From a virus (Duplodnaviria > Caudoviricetes): a DNA stretch of 31,931 nucleotides. Each line of letters starts with the position of its first letter. Within the stretch, counting starts at the first letter, position 1. The stretch lies in the IMG/VR virus record IMGVR_UViG_3300005613_000266, positions 1 to 31,931 of that record, one strand, 5' to 3'. This document shows positions 24,989-31,931 of the stretch, piece by piece. The notes under the pieces were generated by a model. That model searched no databases. It was not told the DNA's origin and saw nothing but the letters and a program-made list of their open reading frames with translations. The position numbers were made by a program, and so were the translations under genes.

Positions 24989-27924
24989 TGGCTGATGTAA
25001 AGATCAGGATAGTTGGCGAAGATCACGCGAGTGCGGAGCTAGATAAGATTGGCAACAAGGTCAGTACATTTACCAAAGAACTCGGTAAAATGGCTGCTGG
25101 ATTCGCAGCCGCTGGATTAGCGTCTAAGGAAATATTTGAGTTTGGGGAAATGGGCGCGCAGGCAATACAGACCGCGGAATCGTTTGACATTCTGTTGGGG
25201 AAGGTTGGCGCTGCACCTGATTTGCTGAGTCAATTGAAATCCGCGAGTAAGGGCACAATTAGCGAATTGGAATTAATGAGTTCAACCTCATTGTTGCTTG
25301 CGGGAACATCAGGTGAGTTAGCTACCGAGTTGGCTAATTCGACGCCGCGTCTATTGGAAATTGCGAAAGCTGCAAATAAACTCAATCCAAGTTTGGGTGA
25401 TACCACATTCATGTATGATAGTTTGTCTCGTGGTATTAAGCGTGCATCGCCATTGATATTGGATAATTTAGGGCTAGTTGTTTCGGTAGGTGATGCGAAT
25501 GCAAAATATGCCGAATCTATCGGGAAAACAGTTGAAGAACTGACCGCTGAAGAAGAAAAAATTGCTCTGTTAAATTCGGTATTAGAACAAGGTGATACAC
25601 TGATCGACCAAGTTGGTGGGACGACTGATAGCACCACTGATTCATTCGCTCGGATGAATGTAGCAATTGAAGAATCTAAAACAGCATTGCAAGAATCGTT
25701 AACACCCATGTTGGCAGAAGCTGCTGAGGCAATTGCTACATTACTCACGTGGAACGACAAACTTAAAGCATCTTTAGATGAACATAGAACTGAGATACAA
25801 AGCACGGCTAAGTCGTATGATGAATACCGAGTCGAGATGGAACGAGCCGCTGAGGCAGCTGGATTCTTCGTGGATGAACAAGGTAATTTAGTTGATATGA
25901 TCACGACTGCATCGGGGCGTCCGATGGAGAAGATCATTGAAGAAACCTATTTATTATCTGAGGCTGAGTGGGAAGCAAAGGAAAATATCGAGGGTGCGAG
26001 TGAGGCTGTTGGAGATCAAATTGCGGCGTATGAACGAGGCAGAGAAAGCACGCGTGATTATGCAGAAGAAGCTAACAACTTGGCTAAGGTACTCGAGGAA
26101 GGATTAGCGGCTGGCATCAAAGGCGAACTAAAAGACGCGCTGGACAACTACAGTGAAAAAATGCGATCGCTGCAAGATGAAAATCAAGAGTTGCATGACA
26201 AGATTGTAGATTTGATTGTTGATGGTATTGATCCAGCGAGTGATACCGTAGCGGAATTATCCAAACAAATTGATGACAACACACGTGAACAATCCGAGTT
26301 AGCAGAACAGTTGCAACTGACGACTAGAGAAATGGTTTATCAACGAGCGGCTGCGGATTTGGACACAGAAGCAGCGTTGGAATTAGCGCGTGCGATGGAT
26401 TTGATTTCTGAGGCAGATTACGAGTTAGCGTCTGCAATTCAGGATGTGCGTAATGAATTCGATCTCAACGCTGATGGAATGATCGATGCTACCGAAGCGG
26501 CGAATGGATACAATCAATCGATTCTAGATGTAACTACCAGCGCATTAGATGGGTTACCTACATTAGAGGAACAAAATCTAGCGTTAGAAACATATGCTAC
26601 TAATACTGATACTGCATCTGATGCAGCCGAACGATTGACACAAATTCAGAGTGCATTGAGCGCAGGTTTATCAGGAGAACTCAACCAATCGATGAGCGAC
26701 TACCATCAAACGCTCAGAGATCTGCATGACGAAAATGAAGAACTGCAATTCAAGATCGATGGTATCCAACAAGCATCCGATGAATATAAGGAATTGAATA
26801 AACAGCTTGATGGCTATACCGAGAGAAATGAAGCCGTATTCGCCGATAATGAAATAATTGTTAGAATGAATGAGCTCTACAGTAATGGCGTAGAGACTTC
26901 GGCAGAAGAATTAGAAAAACTCAATCGGCAACTTGACGATAATAAACAAAAACAAGAGGCAGCGCGTGATGCTATGCGGGAATCAATCGCGCAAATGATC
27001 TACCAACAGGCAGCCAGCGGTTTGAGTGCAGACGCGTCACTAGAATTGGCGCGCGGCATGGGACTAGTATCTGAACAGGATTACGCAGTAGCAGCGGCTA
27101 TTGAACAATTGCGGGATGCCTATGATACCAATAACGATAGCCAAATAGATGCTACTGAGGGCGCGTATGATTACGCAAGACAAATTAAAGAACTTAATGA
27201 TCGAGTTCTGCAATTACAAGGCGCTAATGAAAATATCACATTAGCAACGTTGGGATATAACGATAGCCTTGGAACTGCGAATCAATCATTGCTAGGCATG
27301 ACAAGAGAAACGCAAGCGACTATTGAGGAAGTTGACGCATTGCAGTTATCGCATGAGAATCTTAACCTTGAAATCGATAACACTACTGATGCAAACGAAC
27401 GATTTGTAGACTATACAGGCAACGTAAATGATGGATTAGAAGCAGAAACGACAGCGTTGGAAATATTGACTGATGGTTTGGGTCAAAATAAAGAATCAGT
27501 TAAACAATTGAATGATGCGATAGTTATATTGACGGACAATTATGAAGCCAATAAATTAGCGCTTGCGCAATTGAATATTGTATTAGCAATGAGTGATACC
27601 TATTATGCTGAAGCGTACAAAGAGGCTGGTAATTATACAGATGGGTTGCATAAATTGTTAAAAGTCGTTCGAGCATTACAGGCTGAAGGAGTGGACGTGG
27701 GCGGCAGCGTAACACTCGGTAATGGGAGTATCGATAGATTTGGCAAAAACTACTATCCGGAACAAAGTCAAGTTGGCAGCCGTGGATATAACTACAGTGG
27801 TACCACCACCAGTGGCAGCAGTGTGACGCTGAATTACTATCCGTTGATATCCACTATGGATGAAGAACGAGCTATGAATACATTGTTACCAATAGTTGAG
27901 GATGCGTTAAGGCAGTTACGATAA
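24988..27924 (+). CDS. tape measure protein
   Basis: 978 aa, helical and Ala/Glu-rich; VKIRIVGED.AS start; SPLILDNLG motif; follows the chaperones. Confidence 0.9.
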   Translation: MADVKIRIVGEDHASAELDKIGNKVSTFTKELGKMAAGFAAAGLASKEIFEFGEMGAQAIQTAESFDILLGKVGAAPDLLSQLKSASKGTISELELMSSTSLLLAGTSGELATELANSTPRLLEIAKAANKLNPSLGDTTFMYDSLSRGIKRASPLILDNLGLVVSVGDANAKYAESIGKTVEELTAEEEKIALLNSVLEQGDTLIDQVGGTTDSTTDSFARMNVAIEESKTALQESLTPMLAEAAEAIATLLTWNDKLKASLDEHRTEIQSTAKSYDEYRVEMERAAEAAGFFVDEQGNLVDMITTASGRPMEKIIEETYLLSEAEWEAKENIEGASEAVGDQIAAYERGRESTRDYAEEANNLAKVLEEGLAAGIKGELKDALDNYSEKMRSLQDENQELHDKIVDLIVDGIDPASDTVAELSKQIDDNTREQSELAEQLQLTTREMVYQRAAADLDTEAALELARAMDLISEADYELASAIQDVRNEFDLNADGMIDATEAANGYNQSILDVTTSALDGLPTLEEQNLALETYATNTDTASDAAERLTQIQSALSAGLSGELNQSMSDYHQTLRDLHDENEELQFKIDGIQQASDEYKELNKQLDGYTERNEAVFADNEIIVRMNELYSNGVETSAEELEKLNRQLDDNKQKQEAARDAMRESIAQMIYQQAASGLSADASLELARGMGLVSEQDYAVAAAIEQLRDAYDTNNDSQIDATEGAYDYARQIKELNDRVLQLQGANENITLATLGYNDSLGTANQSLLGMTRETQATIEEVDALQLSHENLNLEIDNTTDANERFVDYTGNVNDGLEAETTALEILTDGLGQNKESVKQLNDAIVILTDNYEANKLALAQLNIVLAMSDTYYAEAYKEAGNYTDGLHKLLKVVRALQAEGVDVGGSVTLGNGSIDRFGKNYYPEQSQVGSRGYNYSGTTTSGSSVTLNYYPLISTMDEERAMNTLLPIVEDALRQLR

Positions 27925-29432
27925 TGGCGAGATATTCGAAATTCGCTTATAACAGTGGCACAAAATACGGTACATCAGCTGCGAGTAATACTCTATCGGT
28001 AGCGCTGGAAATCGATTGGGATAATGATGGTGTATGGAATGGCTCGAGTGAAGATGAGTGGTTACAATCTATTCAAATTAAGCGCGGTAGACGCTATATG
28101 ATTCAGGAGGAAGGCGAAGATTTTGAAGATGTAATAGTTGGTAACGCGTTGTTTGTATTGAATAACAATGATGGTCGTTATTCTACGGACAATGAGGATA
28201 GTGCTTTATATCCGAATGTATTACCAGGAAGAGTCTGCAAGTTGCGTATTAAAAACAATAGCGACGGCGAATTATACTCGGTATTCTATGGGTACATCAA
28301 AGACATTCGTCCGTTCTATGAAGGATTCAACAAAGTAAGAATTACTGTTGACGATGGAATGCAGTTTTTGAAGCAGCGATCGATTACAACAACATTGTAT
28401 ACTGATGAGAAAGTTGAGGATCTATTCACTTATATCCTTGATGACTATGCAGGTTGGACAGATGGATACAGTATTGGGAATGACGAGGAGACTATTCCGT
28501 ATTGGTGGGAATACGACAAAATTAAAGCCTTGACATCATTACGAAAATTAACTCATGCCTACGTAGGCAAAATGTTTATTGATGCGAGTGGTCAATTTGT
28601 TTATTATTCACGTAATTATGATCCAAGCAGCTCTGCTAATATCACTAGTACAGATATTCAACGCAATTTTGGGGCATCGCAACCATGGGATTTCATTAGA
28701 AATAAAATTGAGGTAATAGCACATCCACGGAAATTAAATAATGATGTAACAATTTGGGAATTGAATGATACGCCATTGATAGAAGCAGGGGAGAGTTTGG
28801 AAATATGGGCTGATTATTCATATGATGGTAAAACTGTACCTGCAATTGATGTAATATCGCCAGTGGCAACAACCGACTATACAATGAATGCTCAGGCGGA
28901 TGGAGGGGGCTCAAATCTAACAGCTAATTTTACAGTCACACCGACAAAATTTGCGTCATCAACGAAATTGGAAATAGAGAATACTGGTGGTACAGATGGA
29001 TATATTACGTTTATGCAATTACGTGGTGATGCTCTCTCAGAATATCCGACAACGATTAAGCGGGAGGACTCATCGTCCATTAGCACTTACGGTGAGCGAG
29101 CATTCACGTTAGATTATGACTCGGTACAGGAAATTGATATTGCAATCGACTTTGCCAATTATCTTCGTACATTGCTGGCATCACCAAAGAAATGGTTAGA
29201 TATTACGATTATCGGAAAGCCAGATAAGCAATTATTAGAATTATTCGATCTTGTCTCGGTAATTGTGAATGAGTATATTAGTGGTGATTATTGGGTTGCA
29301 TATTTAGAACACGATTGGAATATTCAGAATGCGCATAATATTATTACTAGAATGAGGTTAGAACAAAAAGACGAAACAGCGTTCTGGACATTCACGGCGC
29401 AGGTTGGTGATAGCACGAGGTTTACATACTAA
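27924..29432 (+). CDS. tail tip / hub protein
   Basis: After the TMP; IKRGR, LNNNDGRY, FIDASGQFVY, SISTYGER, LELFDLV hub-like motifs. Confidence 0.7.
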   Translation: MARYSKFAYNSGTKYGTSAASNTLSVALEIDWDNDGVWNGSSEDEWLQSIQIKRGRRYMIQEEGEDFEDVIVGNALFVLNNNDGRYSTDNEDSALYPNVLPGRVCKLRIKNNSDGELYSVFYGYIKDIRPFYEGFNKVRITVDDGMQFLKQRSITTTLYTDEKVEDLFTYILDDYAGWTDGYSIGNDEETIPYWWEYDKIKALTSLRKLTHAYVGKMFIDASGQFVYYSRNYDPSSSANITSTDIQRNFGASQPWDFIRNKIEVIAHPRKLNNDVTIWELNDTPLIEAGESLEIWADYSYDGKTVPAIDVISPVATTDYTMNAQADGGGSNLTANFTVTPTKFASSTKLEIENTGGTDGYITFMQLRGDALSEYPTTIKREDSSSISTYGERAFTLDYDSVQEIDIAIDFANYLRTLLASPKKWLDITIIGKPDKQLLELFDLVSVIVNEYISGDYWVAYLEHDWNIQNAHNIITRMRLEQKDETAFWTFTAQVGDSTRFTY

Positions 29433-30226
29433 TGACATTTACAACAGTACCTACGGTAGTAGTTGGCGATTTATGGGATGAGGATGATTTTAACACTTAT
29501 CTTAGAGATAATTTTGCTGCATCTGTACCGGACATATTCACTACGAAGGGTGATATTGCTGTTGGCACAGGTTCAAAGGCGCTTAGCAGATTGGGGGTAG
29601 GCAATGATGGAGAAATCCTAATTGCAGATAGTGGCGAAATCACAGGGATGAAATGGTCAAAGGGTAAAGTAGAAATTGGGATGATTATCATCTGGTCTGG
29701 AGCGGTAGGATCAGTACCAACGGGTTGGCAGATATGTGACGGTACGAATGGCACACCGGATTTGAGAGATCGATTTGTTGCAGGCGCGGGTGATAGCTAT
29801 GCGGTAGATGCTACGGGTGGAGCGACTACAATTGATATACGGCATAGGCATGATATTAGCAGTAACATAAGTACAGAGCAACACAGGCATCATATAACTG
29901 GTACATTTCAAGATTATACTGATTACAACTACGAAAGCGCCCATTCCCATAGTATAAGCAGTCCATTGGTTTCATCTGCACCGACTGCAGTGGGCAATAA
30001 ATTGCATTCTGGTGTAAATGGTTCAATAGCGCCATCAGATCATACTCATACAATATCGAATTTCAGTTGTTATCCACAGGGAACGCACAGCCATTCCGTA
30101 GATTTATATACAGGTTATGCATCATCTCATTCGCACACGTTTGGATATAGTAACTATTCCCTATCTTCAACACAAAGCATTTTACCTAAGTACTATGCAC
30201 TTTGCTTTATTCAGAGGGTAAGTTAA
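29432..30226 (+). CDS. tail fibre protein 1 (collar domain + HxH repeats)
   Basis: IGMIIIWSG..VPTGWQICDGTNGTPDLRDRFV; HxH repeats; PKYYALCFIQR. Confidence 0.8.
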   Translation: MTFTTVPTVVVGDLWDEDDFNTYLRDNFAASVPDIFTTKGDIAVGTGSKALSRLGVGNDGEILIADSGEITGMKWSKGKVEIGMIIIWSGAVGSVPTGWQICDGTNGTPDLRDRFVAGAGDSYAVDATGGATTIDIRHRHDISSNISTEQHRHHITGTFQDYTDYNYESAHSHSISSPLVSSAPTAVGNKLHSGVNGSIAPSDHTHTISNFSCYPQGTHSHSVDLYTGYASSHSHTFGYSNYSLSSTQSILPKYYALCFIQRVS

Positions 30227-30984
30227 TGAGCTACACAGTTATTACCGAGAAATCAACTGACGATACTTGGACAGCACGTGAAAACAATGAGCTAAGAAAT
30301 AATTTCGAGGCAGGAATTGGATTAGTTTCATCAAAAGGCGATTTACTGATTGCATCAGCAGAGGACACGGCAGTAAAATTAAGTATCGGTTCTGATGATG
30401 AAATGCTAGTCAGCAACAGCAGTGAACAAGGCGGACGCGAATGGGTTGGTAGTGGATTAGTGCCTATAGGTGGAATAGTTATTTGGTCAGGGAGTGAGGG
30501 GAGCATCCCGACGGGCTGGCAGATTTGCGACGGGAGCAACGGGACGCCTAATCTGCAGGATCGGTTTGTGGTGGGGAGCGGCGATGATTATACGACTGAT
30601 GACACGGGCGGGCAGACGACGGTCGACTTGGAGCACGATCATGATTATGCTGCGGAGACGAGCGAAGATGGATCACATAGTCATACTATAGCAGCTTTAT
30701 CTGGTGGCACGCATTCGCATACTGTTGGGGTTACGAATGAGATAGCATCAGGTGATCTTGCTCCTGTACAAACAGGCACGGATTTAATTAGTGAACATAC
30801 ACATACATTTAGTGGAAGTGGGAGTACAGATACCGATGGCTCACATACACATCCTGGCAGGAGTGTCAGCGATGGAGAACATACGCATACCATGAATGAT
30901 AGTCAAACAGACAATCAATTATCATCAAGTCAAGATATACGACCACCTTACTATGCACTTTGTTATATACAGAGGTTAACATGA
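30226..30984 (+). CDS. tail fibre protein 2 (collar domain + HxH repeats)
   Basis: Paralog of fibre 1; TAATG coupling. Confidence 0.8.
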   Translation: MSYTVITEKSTDDTWTARENNELRNNFEAGIGLVSSKGDLLIASAEDTAVKLSIGSDDEMLVSNSSEQGGREWVGSGLVPIGGIVIWSGSEGSIPTGWQICDGSNGTPNLQDRFVVGSGDDYTTDDTGGQTTVDLEHDHDYAAETSEDGSHSHTIAALSGGTHSHTVGVTNEIASGDLAPVQTGTDLISEHTHTFSGSGSTDTDGSHTHPGRSVSDGEHTHTMNDSQTDNQLSSSQDIRPPYYALCYIQRLT

Positions 30985-31757
30985 GTTATACAGCAGTACC
31001 AACTGTATCTAACGATGATGACATTAGCGCCAGTTGGTGGAATACATATGTAAGAAACAATTTTGAATCAGGTATCCCAGCAATATTTTCTGACAAGGGC
31101 GATATCGCAGTAGCGAGTGCAGCGAATGCAGCAACTACATTGGCAGCTGGTACAAATACACAATGTATTGAAGCTGACAGTGGGGAAGGGGCAGGCATAA
31201 AAAACAGTTGGAATTTTGTGCCAGTTGGAGGCATCATCATGTGGGGCGGCGATTTGGGGGATTTACCGAGCAACTGGCAATTATGCAACGGAACAAATGG
31301 AACGCCAGATTTAAGAAATCGGTTCGTAATTGGAGCCGGAAATAATTACAGTGTGGGGAATACAGGCGGAGCAGAAAGCATCAATTTAGCACATGATCAT
31401 GAGAGTTCAGGAACAGCAGGAACGTCATCTACGGTAGGCGGATCTCATAGTCATACATTATCGGGAAATACTGGCGCTGGGTCCTCACATAGGCATCAAG
31501 ATGAAACTAGTACATATGCACCAGATGATACTTCATATGATCTGGATTTAGGTTATCCATATATCAATACTCCAGAAAGTCATTATCATTATGTCTACAC
31601 AGATTATGAAAGCAGTCATGTGCATAGCGTGCCAACGCCAGCAAGCGCTAGTGATTCTCACGATCACACTATTGGGTTCGATGGCAACGAATTGAGTAGT
31701 ACACAAGACATTCGCCCGCAGTACTACGCATTAGCATTTATTATGAGATTAAGTTAG
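30981..31757 (+). CDS. tail fibre protein 3 (collar domain + HxH repeats)
   Basis: Paralog of fibre 1; ATGA coupling. Confidence 0.8.
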   Translation: MSYTAVPTVSNDDDISASWWNTYVRNNFESGIPAIFSDKGDIAVASAANAATTLAAGTNTQCIEADSGEGAGIKNSWNFVPVGGIIMWGGDLGDLPSNWQLCNGTNGTPDLRNRFVIGAGNNYSVGNTGGAESINLAHDHESSGTAGTSSTVGGSHSHTLSGNTGAGSSHRHQDETSTYAPDDTSYDLDLGYPYINTPESHYHYVYTDYESSHVHSVPTPASASDSHDHTIGFDGNELSSTQDIRPQYYALAFIMRLS

Positions 31758-31767
31758 GAGGTAACTT

Positions 31768-31931
31768 ATGGCAGCAAGTTTCCCAAGCAGCGTAAAGAGT
31801 TTTACGGATAAAACAGATAATATTGATGATGTCATGGCTACGGACATCAACAGCGCGTATGACGAAATCGAGGCAATAGAAACAGAGTTAGGCACTGACC
31901 CCGCGGGCACGTTTGATACCGTGGTATTGCG
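31768..31931 (+). CDS. tail protein, truncated by the window edge
   Basis: AGGAGGT RBS; MAASFPSSVKSFTDK...DEIEAIETELGTDP, open to the end. Confidence 0.65.
   Translation, partial: MAASFPSSVKSFTDKTDNIDDVMATDINSAYDEIEAIETELGTDPAGTFDTVVL

Larger units (their letters stand above)
5314..31270. repeat. dispersed heptamer TACCGAG/CTCGGTA, 50 copies by hand count
   Basis: 33 on the + strand and 17 on the - strand; positions listed in findings. Confidence 0.9.

Noticed and set aside
5314-31270. TACCGAG explained by codon or amino-acid bias
   Set aside because: It occurs in all three frames, on both strands and in intergenic DNA (5314, 8629), while single-mismatch variants are uncommon.
29432-31757. 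Diversity-generating retroelement or invertible fibre cassette
   Set aside because: No reverse transcriptase, no near-identical TR/VR pair differing at adenines, no invertase; all copies are co-oriented.
1-31931. Numerous antisense and alternate-frame ORFs in the track (e.g. 25230..25937-, 3193..3624-, 21081..21539-)
   Set aside because: They shadow well-supported + strand genes, have no RBS or recognisable motifs, and their composition is typical of antisense frames.
1-31931. tRNA/rRNA genes, integrase/att site, spanins, introns/inteins, stop-codon reassignment
   Set aside because: None recognisable; core genes have normal lengths and tile the strand under the standard code.

Overview
About 32 kb of a tailed, siphovirus-like phage or prophage genome, almost all on the + strand. 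1-6340 is an early/accessory region: ParB-HTH-DNA methyltransferase fusion, two PD-(D/E)xK-type nucleases, an M23 endolysin paralog, Lar-family and many small ORFs, and a metallophosphoesterase. 6340-7130 is a self-contained minus-strand cassette with its own promoter, operator palindrome and terminator. 7248-8618 is the lysis cassette, with a second M23 paralog. 8668-16881 holds the terminase, portal, MuF, a Com-like zinc finger, protease/scaffold and capsid genes. A sugar-nucleotidyltransferase sits in the head module, and a block of six glycosyltransferase-like genes plus a methyltransferase (16967-22290) follows the capsid genes. 22901-end holds neck, tail tube, frameshifted tail chaperone, tape measure and three paralogous HxH tail-fibre genes. 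Top signals: (1) the non-palindromic heptamer TACCGAG occurs 50 times by hand count (about 3 expected), in all frames and on both strands, but never in the first 5.3 kb; (2) a Com zinc-finger gene is followed by two copies of a Com-type RNA motif, one overlapping the terminator in front of the capsid operon, suggesting Com-mediated antitermination; (3) a large putative virion-glycosylation module. The holin and M23/SH3 lysin with no spanin suggest a monoderm host, possibly Chloroflexota; this is inference only. All family calls come from motif recognition by eye, with no database searches run.
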